Positions 13,614 to 27,629 of a DNA stretch of 64,000 nt are shown one piece after another. The stretch's first letter is position 1, and every line of letters starts with the position of its first letter. Under the pieces are notes generated by a model. The model saw nothing but the letters and a program-made list of their open reading frames with translations, was not told the DNA's origin and ran no database searches. This stretch comes from Octopus vulgaris (lineage: Eukaryota), in contig OX597818.1 of NCBI GenBank assembly GCA_951406725.2, forward strand, positions 23,374,001-23,438,000, written 5' to 3'. The position numbers were made by a program, and so were the translations under genes.

Positions 13614-14225
13614 CATAGATATAGATATAGATATATGCTTGCCAGTTGTCTGGTACTTATGAAATCAACTGAGATAAAGAAAGCTTTTGCCATAAAGGGG
13701 TATAACTCATTGCTCCAGTCCACAAACGTGGAGAAACACACACACACTTGCACGCACACACACACGCACACACACACAATACATAAATTTATTCTCTTAC
13801 ACATGGATATTATTACTGTATTTTTTTTTATTATTATATTTACTAAATGCCATTTACAAGCTGAATATTTTGCATCTACTAATTTCATTAGGTAAATAAA
13901 ATGATAACATCCTAAAATATGATGCCTCCAAAGGATCTTTCAGGCAAATATCATGTCTCAGTTCCATAAATAGACCAGTTTGGAGTGTGTATATGAAATT
14001 GAGATGATGGTATTTGCCTGATCAATTGGTGAGTTTTGAAGCAGCAAAATATTCTTTTCTCAACACGATTTCATTTTAATAGCCATCTATGTAGCATACT
14101 CAATGTAAATACACCATTGAAAGTCAAATTTAATGTGGAAATAACACCTCTTATGGTTGTGCTCTGTTTAAAAACACAATATTTATCAGGCAGACTAAAA
14201 TCATACCAGTAGCATCTACTGAGAA

Positions 14226-14266
14226 TGCTAGAAGCATTTCTGCCTTATTGGGTGTTATCAGTAGCA
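14226..14266 (-). ncRNA. Degenerate minimal HHR
   Basis: TGCTA-CTGATAA-cacccaataaggca-GAAA-TGCT-TC-TAGCA; perfect 5-bp stem I; G8>A. Confidence 0.4.
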
Positions 14267-15180
14267 AGTACTAGAAGCTAGCTGCATACCTATACAAAAT
14301 TTGTCATATATATCAGTAAAACAGTGAATAACAAATCACTGGTGCAGCAAATAGCTCCCGACTGAATAAGAATCTGTTATATGCAACATAAATTATATTA
14401 GATTAAAATAGCTGTCTATGTGTCATATTTAATGTAAATATATCATGAAAGGCAAATTTACTATGGTATTGGTCCAGAGATAATATTTCTTATGGATGAG
14501 CAGTGTTTAAAACTATTAATATGATATATAGATATTTTTTTTTAATCTAATACTGCTTCTGTTGCTTATGATAGATTTTTATTTAGCTGGGCAGCTATTT
14601 GCATCATCAGTAAATTAACATCGTGATTAAATAACCAGATGAAACTAAGGATTGTTCGTCAGTTTATTCATCAGTTAAACTGACAAACAACTCCTAATTT
14701 TATCTGGTCACATCTGACTCATCAGAAGAATTGTTGTTCAATTCATTCTGTAGACAGAGTCTGTGGTTTAAACAGAGTCAATTTCCTTTTTGTAGCAAGC
14801 ATTAGAACCAGTTCTTCAATCTGGAGAAAACTTGTCAAAACCTTGAAACATTGTTTCCTATGGCATTAATTTCATGAGTTGTAGTTTATTGACTTTTTTT
14901 TTCTCTCTTATTAGTCTCAGTGGGGGCTGCAAGAAAGATATGAGTACTGCCATTTTTTTTTCTGACAAAGCTACAAAAATGTATACTTCTTTATATAAAT
15001 TCATGTAAGAATTGCATGTGTGTGTGTGTGTGAGTGAACAAATGAAAGAAAGAAGCGTTCAATGCATTTGGTTGGAGCTACATGTATTTAATAACAGTCT
15101 GACTCAGATCTACATGACTTAAAGTTTCATGGATGTGTAAGATGCATCTTTCTCATCAGATGTTCAGTGGCAACACACCC

Positions 15181-15239
<59 letters not shown>

Positions 15240-15689
15240 TGTATATGTATGCATTTGTGAAAGTAGATTCCACCTTATATGTTATGAATACATAAATAGA
15301 ATACATAACTCCTTATAGAACATTATTCTGCTTGTCATGCCACTCATGTTTTGTTTTAAATAATCTTAATGAAATTAAATTTAAGACATAATCAAAACTT
15401 CTGACATAATAAAACTTATAAAAATAAATAAAAAAGGCAAATTAGAAAATGAATAAAACAACAAATTTCCATGTGTACTTCTGGTATACATTATTTAGCT
15501 TTACTCAAAAATAATTTTTAGCTATGGATCTTTGCAAGGCAAAACATTTATACATTATGTGTGTGCATATGAGTGTAGGAGAGGAGTAACTTGGGAGACA
15601 TATATGTATGTGCACTTTTATATTTTGCAATTGTTTACCTATGTTAATTGATTTTACAATTCAGTTTCTGTGCCAACTCTCACCAATGA

Positions 15690-16135
15690 TCATAAATTGT
15701 GGGTATTTATCAAAAGAGTACAATCACAAATACAAGCGGCCGAAATGGGATTCCTCCAAAAAATCTATGGAATCACATTACTTGACAGGTGCATAGCTCA
15801 GAGATCGGGGGTCTCTCCAGTTTGAGCCACTACTTCACATTGAGAGCTCACAACTCCAGTGCTATGGACATGTGGTTAGAATGTCATAGGAAAGGATCAT
15901 AAGATGGGTTCTTCAAGCTCAACCGACTGGCATGAGACCTAGGGATAAACCAAGAACAAAATTGTTGGATAATATTTATAGTCTCAGTTGGTCATGCTTG
16001 GAAATTCAGCAGGAAAGTGTAATGACAGTAGCTTTTAATAGGACCCAATATTTGAAGTGCCCAAGAACTCTATCCTCACAAACCTCCCAGGAACAGTGTG
16101 TGATGAAAACAGTTTGATGGATAGATGGATGGAAA
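15690..16135 (+). mobile_element. RTE-clade LINE 3' fragment
   Basis: IQAAEMGFL...QLQCYGHVVRM...PTGMRPRDKPRTK, the typical RTE post-RT region. Confidence 0.75.
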
Positions 16136-16731
16136 GACTGTAATCTTGAAAACCTGAAATACAACGTGATGTATTGTAGTAGTTAAGAAAAAAGAGCAAT
16201 TGTAACATGTAAGTGATATGTAAATTCTGTTCAGGGGCCATATTATTAGTTCTTAAAGCCAGAACTAATTATTTGCATAGTGGCTACAATCAAGGAATTT
16301 CTAGGCCATTTAGAGAACTCATACCTGTTGAATACAATCAACAAATATGATGCTAATTGGTAGAAGTTAACATCAAAAGTTCCAGGTCTTTTGAGATTTT
16401 CATTCAGCAAATTAAATCTTCTAAAATCCTAGTTTACAATTTGATTTACAGAAAAGTGATTCAATTCAAATTTTTAAGAGGAATTATTTCTTTCACTTAT
16501 TTTTTTAATAAAGACTGTTTAATGAAACAAAACAATTGTATTTTTACCTTCAATATATATTTATAACAAACCTGGATAATACAATAATAATTAATAAAAG
16601 GTAATTAACCAGAGCTTCATCAGAGTGGATACAAATACATAAAATAAAAGAAGAGAAGAGGGAAAAGGAATGAACAGGGCCTCAAGATGAGGAAAGAAGG
16701 CTTAATAAATTAGAATCAAACCATTTTGCAG

Positions 16732-16768
<37 letters not shown>

Positions 16769-16824
16769 TCTTATTTGTAACAGGTATTGAGTACTAAGTT
16801 TAAAAGTTCAACATAGATAACATT

Positions 16825-16861
<37 letters not shown>

Positions 16862-17026
16862 ATTAGGTTAGTTAATAAAAAATGTTTAAATGTTTTTTTG
16901 TGTGTGTTACCTATGAAAGAGCCATAAACACTAGCCTTACAAAAAACCATAAATTTAAACCATTTTAAGAGTTTTAAAACTAAACTATATTTTTCTGTTT
17001 TACAGCTTTCTTTGTGAGTGAGAAAT

Positions 17027-17149
17027 ATGGCTGATGAACAAAATCAAAATGCAGAGCAAAAGCCACGAAGACGAAAGAAGGCCAAGAAGCAAAAAATTAT
17101 ATCTTCCACCGGAACCACCATCTTTATGATAATAAATGTTTTCCTGGTT
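17027..17149 (+). CDS. Tetraspanin coding exon 1 (basic N-terminus and start of TM1)
   Basis: Acceptor ttttacag at 17005; ATG in aatATGG context; MADEQNQNAEQKPRRRKKAKKQKIISSTGTTIFMIINVFLV; donor GTAAGT at 17150; phase 0. Confidence 0.85.
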
Positions 17150-18686
17150 GTAAGTTAAAGTAAAACCTTTGAAAGAGATTTCACTGACATCATATGTTTC
17201 AGTTTTTAGATCACTTTAGATTGCTGCAACTGTTGTTGTCAATGGTGGTGGTGGTGGCGCCAGCAGCAGCAGTGGTGGCAGCAGTGGCGGCGGTGATGGT
17301 GGTGTTAGTGGTGTTAGTGGTGGTGCTGGTGGTGCTGGTTATAATGATTATGATGATAATGATGACAAGCTTCTGATCAACTCTGTATGAGAGCAGATCA
17401 AAAGCTATGGTCAAAGATGTTTGACCATGAACAGTTGAAAGGCAAAGTCGAAATTTGAGCTCAGAACATTAAAAAATAAATAAGAGGAAATGACACTAAG
17501 TACTTTGCCAGATGTGCCAGATGTGACACTAAGTATTTTGCCAGATGTGCAGCTCATCACCATGGTGTACACCACTAACAAATAAGCACAGAGGAATTTT
17601 AACTGTCATGTTCTATGCAAATCTACTTCACCACCAAAAAAATCTAATGGCACACATGAATAGAATTGACAATACATGTCCAGACTGTTATATTGTACCA
17701 CATACTATTTATTTGTATGTTGGAGTATGGTCCTCAGCTAAGCAGAGGCATCGTTAATTAAAACAAGAGACCTTGAACAACATAGCAACAATTTTATGCC
17801 AAAAATATATATTTCATTTTAAGAAACATGAGCTATTTATAATAATGTATTTATAAACTAGGTGCACACTTCAGTCAGCAAACAGGCAGTCATTAGAACA
17901 TAAAACTGAATGCTTGCAGTATTTGTGTAAAAACTTTGCACTCTGAGTTCAAATCATATTTCGGTAACCAACTTTACCTTTCATCATTCTAGGAACAATA
18001 AACTACTAGTCAATTACTGGGGTTGATTCTCTCTCTCTCTCTCTCTGGTGAATGATGAAATAAAGGTTTGGCAGCTGAAAAGCGATAAACAGGAATTGTC
18101 TAGATAAATGGATCCTAGTCATGTCTCCTTGAATAGATTTATAACAGCCAGTCAAAGAATCGTCTCATTGGTGGTCTAGCAATGGACATTTTATATCTAT
18201 TTTGTTATCTTAATATTTAAAACAACATTGTATAATCTATATTGGGGTGCAATGGTTAAAAAGAAGAGATACAGAGGTAAGTTGCTAGGAATCAAAGTAC
18301 AGGAGTGAAAACAGAGGTGTATTAAATTACAAATAAAATTATATATATATATGTTGGTTTAAATATTTTGACTTAGAATGTAATAACTATAAACTTTGCT
18401 AACTTTAAAAACTATTTTAAAACTAAAGAGACACATTTCATTCCAACAGCTCATAGAAATTTTCTATGTCCAATGTATGATTTTTTAAGACAATAAAGTG
18501 TAAATGGAAAGAAATGTGGTTGTTAATTTAAGCAGTTTAAGTGACTACATAGATCAAGGACAGAGAGACATTCAATATTGGGGAGAATTGCAAGTATATA
18601 AGTACTTGAGTAGCTGCATGTATGCTGAGAAAAAATAATGAATCTTTAATTTTACAAATTCATAGCTATGTGACTTATATGTGACA

Positions 18687-19087
18687 GGCATAGGAGTGGC
18701 TGTGTGGTAAGTAGCTTGCTTATGAACTACATGGTTCTGGGTTCAGTCCCACTGTGTGGTGCCTTGGGCAAGTGTCTTCTACTATAGCTTCGGGCCAACC
18801 AAAGCCTTGTGAGTGGATTTGGTAGACGGAAACTGAAAGAAGCCCATCGTATATATATATGTATATATGTATGCGTGCAATGTTTGTGTGTCTGTATTTG
18901 TCCCACCAACATTGCTTGACAACCAATGCTGGTGTGTTTACGTCCTCGTAACTTAGCAATAGAATAAGTACTAGGCTTACAAAGAATAAGTCCTGGGGTT
19001 GATTTGCTCAACTAAAGGTGATGCTCCAGCATGGCCAAACCCAAATGACTGAAACAAGTAAAAGAATAAAGAGAGAGTAAAGAGAGT
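18687..19087 (+). mobile_element. SINE family A copy
   Basis: High similarity to 3762-4190. Confidence 0.9.
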
Positions 19088-19375
19088 ATATTAAATTAAA
19101 TTTTAGATGCTAAGTTTTTTTTTGTTTCTTCTTTTTTTTTTTTTTGCACATGGTGTTTTAGAGAACTTCTTCATTGGACAATTTCAAATTTTAATGTGAC
19201 TGTGGAATTTCCCTTACCCTAGAAATAGAAGTTCCCTCATTAGCTTTAATATATTCTTACTACCAATGTTTTCAGCATGTTTGTAGAAACAATCTGACTT
19301 TCAGAATATTGATAGTAATATAATATTGTTAAATAAATACTTTTCCTTGACAGAATTTCATTTCTATAATTACAG

Positions 19376-19630
19376 ATAATTGGTGGTACATTGATCCTAG
19401 GTGGAATCATTGTTAAATATGGCTCAGCCAAAATGGAAGTACAGTTACAACCACTTTACAAAACAATGGCAGAGGCAATATCTGAAGCAGACATGCCAGA
19501 TTTTGGCAGATATGTTGATATCACACACAAGGTGGCATTGGGATTCATTGTAACTGGATCATGTCTTCTCTTCATTGCTCTGATAGGTTGTTGTGGTGGT
19601 TGTTGCCAAAATAGGACATTACTCATTCTG
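19376..19630 (+). CDS. Tetraspanin exon 2 (TM1 end, small extracellular loop, TM2)
   Basis: tacag acceptor and GTAAGT donor; 255 nt; IIGGTLILGGIIVKY...FIALIGCCGGCCQNRTLLIL includes the tetraspanin TM2 GCCG motif. Confidence 0.95.
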
Positions 19631-20180
19631 GTAAGTATACTGTTTTATTCTATTCCATGTTCTTAATGCATGTATGTTGGGGTGTATCCTGGTTATACTA
19701 TTTTATGTGAAGTTTTGTAACTCTTATATTGTTGTCATACCAAATATGTAAACTTACAAGTATGATTCTATTTCTTATAAATTAAAGGAAGGTGAGTATG
19801 GTCTTTCGTAGGTATAGGGTCAATACCTATCAAGTTCCAGCTTTATTAGATCTCCTCAGAAAAGTATGGCAAGTTTTATATAATCCCACCTTATTATAGC
19901 TCCTTGTTATTTATACATTTCCACTCCTTATAGAAGTAACTATTTCACTTGTTCAGGGTGGTTTTAACTGTGTTGGTCATGGATGCAACACAGTACCAGT
20001 GTTAATACAAGAACCTTCATTCCTTCTACCAATAGGTCAGAATTCTACCACCTCAACTCTTTGCCAATCTTCATTTCTTACAAAATCTGAAATAAAATTT
20101 TGAAGTCTAAAAATATATATTATATTCATTAAATATAGATCTTCTTTATTTGATTTTTCTTATATTCATTTAACTTGCAG

Positions 20181-20255
20181 TATGGATTTTTGTTAACATG
20201 TGTGATGGTCACAGAAACTGGTTTTGTTATATTGCTGTTTTCGGTTAAGAAAGAA
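20181..20255 (+). CDS. Tetraspanin exon 3 (TM3)
   Basis: ttgcag / GTGAGT; 75 nt; YGFLLTCVMVTETGFVILLFSVKKE with the conserved TM3 Glu. Confidence 0.92.
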
Positions 20256-20419
20256 GTGAGTAACATCTTTTAATAACTCCTGTATTCTTATCTTTTCTTA
20301 TCTTATTTTTTCCCTTTGATTTTTTTTTTTTTTACTGTTTTGCATTCATATTTCTTTTTTAAGGTAATACAAGTAAAACTCTTTCTTTTTCTCCTTTTGC
20401 AATTGGATCAACAGAGTAA

Positions 20420-20650
20420 AGGTAAAGTTACCTTCTCAAGTCATGCTGACTCACAAGGGCCAGTTTCCCAGTTTCATGGCATATATATTCCACAGCTGGA
20501 CGGGATGCTCATTTTTGCCAGCTGAGTGGACTGGAGCAGCCTGAAATGAAATATTTTGATTGAGAACAAAATGCACTCCCCAGTCCTGGAATCAAAACCA
20601 CAATCTTATGATCACGAGTCCAATACCCTATCCACTAAGCCATGCACTTC
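20420..20650 (-). mobile_element. tRNA-derived SINE (another family)
   Basis: tRNA-like head on the minus strand (TGGCTTAGTGG...); related copy at about 39640-39972. Confidence 0.6.
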
Positions 20651-20761
20651 CATGATCAACAGAGGGGTTTCAGTAGTTGTGGTACAGGCACTTATTTTAT
20701 CCTGTTTGGAAATCAGACTGTAAAGTAACTGTCAATGCACTAATAGTTCTAATGACACAAA

Positions 20762-20933
20762 TACAGGTGTGGCTGTGTGGTAAGAAGCTTGCTTTCCGAC
20801 CATATGGTTCTGGGTTCAGTCCCACCGCATGGCACCCTGGGCAAGTGTCTTCTAATAATATAACCTCAGGCCAACCAAAGCCTTGTGAGTGAATGTGGTA
20901 GACAAACTGAAAGAAGCCTGTCATGTGTATATA

Positions 20934-21021
<88 letters not shown>

Positions 21022-21268
21022 TGTATGTATGTATGTATTTATGTGTGTGTGCCTTTGTGTCTGTTTGTCCCCCCATCACTGCTTGACAATCAGTGTTGAT
21101 ATGTTTACATCTCCATAACTTAGCAGTTCAACAAAAGAGACTAATAGAAAAAGTACTAGGCTTTAAAAATATAAGCCCTGAGGGTCAACTTGTTCAACTA
21201 AAACCCTTCAAAACGGTTCTCCAGCATGGCCTCAGTCAAATGACTGAAACAAGTAAAAAAATAAAAGA
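20762..21268 (+). mobile_element. SINE family A copy
   Basis: Same head, body and tail with an expanded central microsatellite. Confidence 0.85.
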
Positions 21269-22400
21269 ACGAAAGAATCTCCAACAACCAAACCACAAAC
21301 AGTAGCCCATAATTAACCTTTTAGCATTCAGATTAACCTGTCAAATGTAATGCTTATTTATTCATGTTGCATTGAATTAATTATACATTATATCATTGCT
21401 TTAAGATTTTAATGATGTGATTGTTTAATTTTAGAATGACATTGTAGGGTAGGTGTATGTTCATCTTGTTGATTTGAACATACAATAGATAGAATATTTG
21501 GGCCTGATATAGCTGGTTTAAAAGCTAAATGATTAGACATACAAAACACTGCACTCATGATCAATGAAATAGATGACAACAAGCCTTGGTTAAAAGCACA
21601 CACTAATACAAACACACATAAATACATATGGAAATTCATTAAAAAAATCATCTAAGCATAAATAAATGATGCACCAGATCCCATGAAATGCTAAATAGAC
21701 AAACTAAATAAATGAAAAAAAAACATTTTGAAACACTTTATTTTTTACCTTAATGAAATTCAACCTTACACTCATACACACACACAAACACACACTCAAA
21801 CGTACACACTCACACTCACACTCACATGCACAAACACACACATGCACACACACAAACACACACACACATGGGTATACACACATACACGAACACAACAGGT
21901 GCACATACATAGAAATATTTTAACAAAGCCTCTGACAATTTTCTGCAACAAAAAAAAAAGGAGGGAAAAAACTGCCAATCAAGAGACATAATAATAGCCA
22001 ATCAGCATACACAAAAGTGAATCAATCAAAAAGAAACCACACCCACTCCAATCAAAATAAAGAGCCACACTGAATTGTAACAGTTCTTAAAAGAGGATGG
22101 CAGTCATATGAAATTTGTGATATAAGATAGATAAATATTCGGTTTAAATAAACTATATTTATATACGTATATCTATCTCTCTGTCTATCTACATTTGCAC
22201 ACACACACATACACAAGGCAAATGGTTACAGTGATTTTGACATTTCACGAATGGCCTACCTTACTAAACTGTCCAGTCTGATGAGACTGACTACTAGCAG
22301 AACTTCGAAGTCACTGTCACCAATTTTCCTTGAGAAAATATATCTCACACACTCTCTCTTTTAGAATGCTTCTTCAGTCAAAGTTTTAGTTGTTTATATA

Positions 22401-22495
<95 letters not shown>

Positions 22496-23258
22496 GTATA
22501 TATATATTTATACATAAAATACACACATCAATATATTATGCATTTCTAAGTACCTCTATGTACATATATGTGTATGTATTGTAATATAAGTTTGCACATT
22601 GTCTAATATAGAAGTCAGTACATTGGAAAGGGTGGATAGATATGTTTATTGAATCAAAAGTTGACAGTCTGCTTTGAGTTTTACTTTGGACTGGGGTGCT
22701 CATGACTGTGGTGGAATAAACCTTTTAATACCTACTTACCCGAGGCTACCCTTCCTTTTATGATACAAACTTCTTGTTTAAAGTGATCTGAACTTAAATC
22801 TATCAAAATTTTAAGTTAATTTTGTTCCAAGCACCAGATTAAAAATGACATGGTCTTTTTACTAAGTTGTTCCTTACTTTTAAAATCAATTGAATCAAAG
22901 GCAGTGTATTTCAACAGAAATATGGTAATGAAAGAGTTTAATGGTTTGCAGTTTCGATAAGGATGGGTTGACCTTAAATGTCTCTATGCAAGTAGGTTGA
23001 TAAGTTTCTATGAAAACTGATATGAAGAAGTAGGACATGTATTGGTTCAGACACTCTTGTTCTCTTCTAATGTTTTGCATTATCTTGAGACTTAACTGAG
23101 ACTTTCGGTAGAAGGTTGAATTACAACCTTTGTTCTGATTCAAATAACAGGTCTTTGAATATTTCATTGAAACTTGAATGGTGTTTTTGATATAGGTGTC
23201 TGCTTCCTTTTTTTCTTAAATAACCAAATTTTTCCTATTCCAAATGATTTTCTTTTAG

Positions 23259-23366
23259 ATGAAAGACTCTATGAAAGAACCAATGATTGCCAATCTGAAA
23301 AACATGTATGCTGGTCCTGATCAAGAAGATGTAACTTCATATGGTTGGAATTTTGTTATGTCTACG
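23259..23366 (+). CDS. Tetraspanin exon 4 (large extracellular loop helices)
   Basis: ttttag / GTATGT; 108 nt; MKDSMKEPMIANLKNMYAGPDQEDVTSYGWNFVMST with the conserved W before CCG. Confidence 0.9.
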
Positions 23367-23489
23367 GTATGTAACACAATTTATTAAAGAAATCGTTTTT
23401 ATCTACCAAATATGTAATTTCAAGTAAATCACCTTCTCATAAGAAAGTTGAGACAACCAGTTTTAATATTGTTTTTTTTTAAGGATAAA

Positions 23490-24085
23490 GCAAAGAGCTG
23501 GCAGAACTGTAAGCACACCAGGCAAAACGCTTAGCAACATTTTGTCTGTCTTTAAGTTCTGAGTTCAAATTCTGCTGAGGTCAACTTTGCCTTTCATCCT
23601 TTCAGGGTCAATAAATTAAGTACCAGATAAACACTGAGGTCAATGTAATCAACTTATCTCCTCCCCTGAAATTACTGACTTTGTGTCAAAATTTGAAATC
23701 AATGGTATTTCTTAAGGCACAGCTATGTGGTTAAGAAGTTTGCTTTACAACTATAAAGTTTTGGGTTCAATCCACATGTACAGCAGCTTGGGCAAATGTC
23801 TTTTATTATAGTCTTAACTTGATCAATAATTTTTGAGTAAATTCAGTAGACAGAAACTATGTGGATGTCTATCATGTGTGTGTGTGTGTGTGTGTGTGTG
23901 CATGTATGGGTATGTCTTTGTGCTTGTCCTCACAATACTTGACAGCTAGTGTTAGTTTCTTTATGCCCTTGTAACCTGGTGGTTCAATAAAGAGATCATT
24001 AGAATAAGTACCAGACTTATAAGTACTGGGGTCAATTTCTTCAACTGAACCCTTCAAAGTACTGCCCCAGAATAAAAGAATAAAA
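23490..24085 (+). mobile_element. Tandem SINE B (about 23490-23702) and SINE A (about 23716-24085), diverged
   Basis: Similarity to other copies in the window. Confidence 0.75.
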
Positions 24086-24658
24086 GCAATGGAAATGGGT
24101 GTGGCAGAAAAGTGATACAGTCAATGCTATATCAGATATATTTCAGCTCCACATTATTTTCATATCAAATCCTGCTAGGGTCTTCTGTGTCATTTATTTT
24201 CTTCTTTTGATAAACCAAGTAACAATACTGCTATACTAGAGTTGATTCAATTTCTTACAATTAAAAATATGTTTGTTTTTGTATTTAATCATAGAACAGA
24301 TTCATATTGTGTTTAGCTTAGGCATGAAATCTGAGACTTTTTAGTGTAAAAGATTAAGAAGATGTGACATTCACACTTTCCCATAGATTGTTAGTGAGGT
24401 AAATGAAATAAAAACTATAATTGAAATTGGTGTTATTAATTATCATCATCATCAACACAATTATCATCTAACATCCACTTTTCTATGTTTGCATGGATCA
24501 GACAGAACTTGTTGAGGCAGATTTTCTATAGCAGGATGCCAATTCTTGTTGCCAACTCTCACCTATTTCTAAGCATATGTATTTTCAGAAACAATACTAA
24601 ATAAGAATTTATGTGTAATATCATCTTTAAAATCCTGTTTGCATATATTTTCTTACAG

Positions 24659-24871
24659 TTCCAGTGTTGTGGAATCAGTAACTACACAGAATTTCATCAT
24701 GCCAAAAAATGGGACCGGAGGACAAAAATTAGGGGCATGCAATATTTGAAAATAATTCCTGATACCTGCTGTTCTCGCAGGGTTGATATTTTAAGTGAAA
24801 AACGGTTCAAAGAAATGACTGACACAAACTGTACTATTAATCCAACTCTTTCAAATTCATATATTGGAAAG
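24659..24871 (+). CDS. Tetraspanin exon 5 (LEL with CCG and PxxCC)
   Basis: ttacag / GTAAGT; 213 nt; FQCCGISNYTEF...IIPDTCCS...TNCTINPTLSNSYIGK. Confidence 0.95.
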
Positions 24872-25044
24872 GTAAGTTTTATCTGTTACCTTGTAGCTTT
24901 TAGAGCCATTTATTTGTTGTTATAAAGTAGATGTGGTTTCAGATATAGTGCACTGTGTGGTACTTTGGGCAATTATCTTCCACAATAGCCCTGGGTTGAC
25001 CAATGTCTTATGTGTGAATTACATAGATAGAAACTATGTGGAAG

Positions 25045-25091
<47 letters not shown>

Positions 25092-25253
25092 AGTTTAACT
25101 CAGGTATAATTCAAATACTTTTACTTCCAACACATGTTTCTACCTTTAAAAACAAGGAGTTACAACCTCTTTATTTGTGTGATTTTTTGCTACCCTGGTA
25201 ACTATTTATCTATTTTTTCCATGTTAATTGTTAACAAGGGAAAAATACACTCA

Positions 25254-25325
<72 letters not shown>

Positions 25326-25533
25326 CATATATATATAAAAATATACATATACATATATATATGTATGTGTATATATATATATACGCACACACACACACAC
25401 ACGCATACATACATATATATATATCACCGTGACCAACCAGGCTATCAGATGTTGCTACACATCACTGTCACAATGCGCTTTGCATTGTTTTAGCCTTCAA
25501 ATGACACCACACCGCTGGCTAAGCGAGCAGGCC

Positions 25534-25564
<31 letters not shown>

Positions 25565-25942
25565 CACACATATATCCTTTAAGTTCATTTATGTAGAAAC
25601 ATTTTGAATATGCATACAAAAGCTCCTATTTTATTATGCTGGCCACAGCCTAATGATACCAGCTAGCAATACCAGTTTTGGGGGATTGCACTGAGTTGTG
25701 CCAATATAATGTAGGTTAAATATAGTAATAATAATACTACCATTATATAGTAATATTGTAGTAATAATAATAATACATCCATTTATGCATTAACGAATGC
25801 ATGATCTACCCAATGTCCATGGATTCTACAGACTGTATTGCAATCATCCCAGGGATATGGACTATGATCTTAAGAAGTATGTGATTCATGGAAATGCATG
25901 TAGCAATACATTAAAATATCTATAAATTCCACCTAAGGATTA

Positions 25943-26039
<97 letters not shown>

Positions 26040-26041
<2 letters not shown>

Positions 26042-26395
26042 TCATCATCATCATCGATTAACATCCGCTTTCCATGCTGGCATGGGTTAGACAGTTTGAC
26101 TGAGGTCTGGAGAGCCAGCAGCTGCACCAGGCTCCAATCTGGTCAGGCAGAGTTTCTACAGCTGGATGTCCTTCCTAATGCCAACCACTCCGAGAGTGTA
26201 GTGGGAACTTTTTACGTGCTGCCACCACAGGAGCTAGTAGGACAGGCCTGGCAACGATCATGTTCAGATGGTGCTTTTCATGTGCCACCAGCACAGAAAC
26301 CAGTAAGTGGGTGCTGGCGTTGGTATCGATCAGTTGGTGCTTTTTACATGCCATCGGCACGGGAGCCAGTCAGGGGCCACCAGTCCCAGCTACGA
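26040..26395 (-). mobile_element. RTE-related non-autonomous repeat
   Basis: AACATCCGCTTTCCATGCTGGCATGGGTT and CTGGATGTCCTTCCTAATGCCAACC; related copies near 24450, 46010, 51830, 54320 and 59050. Confidence 0.65.
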
Positions 26396-26488
26396 TATAT
26401 ATATATAATTGTTAAAGAGGACAACAAACATTAAGGCAAGGCAAACATCTCAAGTCGTATACAATATTATTACTGGAAAAAATTTAAA

Positions 26489-26544
26489 GTCTTACAGCTG
26501 TTTCTGGGATATCCCCAAGTATGGGATATTCCGTCATCAGAGAC
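26489..26544 (-). ncRNA. Near-canonical minimal type I hammerhead ribozyme
   Basis: GTCT-CTGATGA-c-GGAATATCCC-atacttg-GGGATATCCC-a-GAAA-CAGCTG-TA-AGAC: intact core, palindromic helix III, GUA cleavage triplet. Confidence 0.8.
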
Positions 26545-26984
26545 AAATAGGGAAAAATAGGGAAAATGAGAATGGTATATATTAATGAGATGACAACATA
26601 GAGGAAGGGGATAAAAGAATAAGAAAATGGAGAGAACAAAGAAAAAAGATGCATAAAAGCTCATAGTTCAACTTTCTGAAGTTGTAGAAAGAAGAGCATA
26701 AGTTACAGCACTTCCCTAGTGTACTAAAATATATATATGGATATGTGTATTTGTACACATCACTAAGCAGTGATGTGTACAAATACAAACTTGTTACCAA
26801 TTCAATGTACTTGAAGCATATTTGAATCCATAAGAAAGCCATTCACTGTGTTTTGCCATGGAGAAAAATTCTGACAAATAGGTGTAAACACACCAAGTCA
26901 GCTTAAAGCACCTCCTACCCAGATTGATGAATAATATAATGACATCGTTTGTTCATGTATAATTTGTAATTATTTTTGTTTCAG

Positions 26985-27068
26985 AGTTGTTGGAATACAA
27001 TACAGTCTTTATTAAACGAACAGAGTGGACTGATGATGGGAATTGGTGTAACAGTGCTAGGATTTGAG
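26985..27068 (+). CDS. Tetraspanin exon 6 (last LEL Cys and first half of TM4)
   Basis: tttcag / GTAAGT; 84 nt; SCWNTIQSLLNEQSGLMMGIGVTVLGFE. Confidence 0.93.
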
Positions 27069-27629
27069 GTAAGTCATTGCAGCAAAGGGAACGATAACAC
27101 TTGGATCACTACAATCTTGTTCTACTTTTCTAAACTTCTCACCATATTCTATCAAATTGTCAAAACCACTTTCAATTTTTCTAGTATTTTCATTATCATT
27201 ATACTCATAGTACTAATTCATTCCATTTGGACCCTGAAGCATTCATAGCTATCAAGATGATAGATAGCTTTAATCAGCTTATCAAGTTGACAAGAAAGAA
27301 TCTTTGTATGATTGGTTAACCTGCTAGAAATAGAAGTTAAGTATCCTTGAAATCATATCATATTGTTTTAAATAAGAAATAGAGGAATTCTAAAAAGTAG
27401 TCCTTGACAGAGGTTATTTTAAGAGGAGATCCATTAAAATCACCTTTTCAAGATAATACTCTGGTCCATCTTCTATTAATGCATCACTTCTACAAGAGAT
27501 ACTTCAGTTCTCAGTTTTCATAGATCACCTGGTCAGTTTCTGTGAAAATGAGTCATACTTCTACATTGACAACCCATGTTGAGTAAGCTCAACAGTAGAC
27601 ACCAATAGAAAAACTGTTAGCTTAAACAA

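Noticed and set aside
17194-17414. Hydrophobic or Thr-rich ORFs after tetraspanin exon 1
   Set aside because: Degenerate (GTG/GCA/ATG)n intronic microsatellite.
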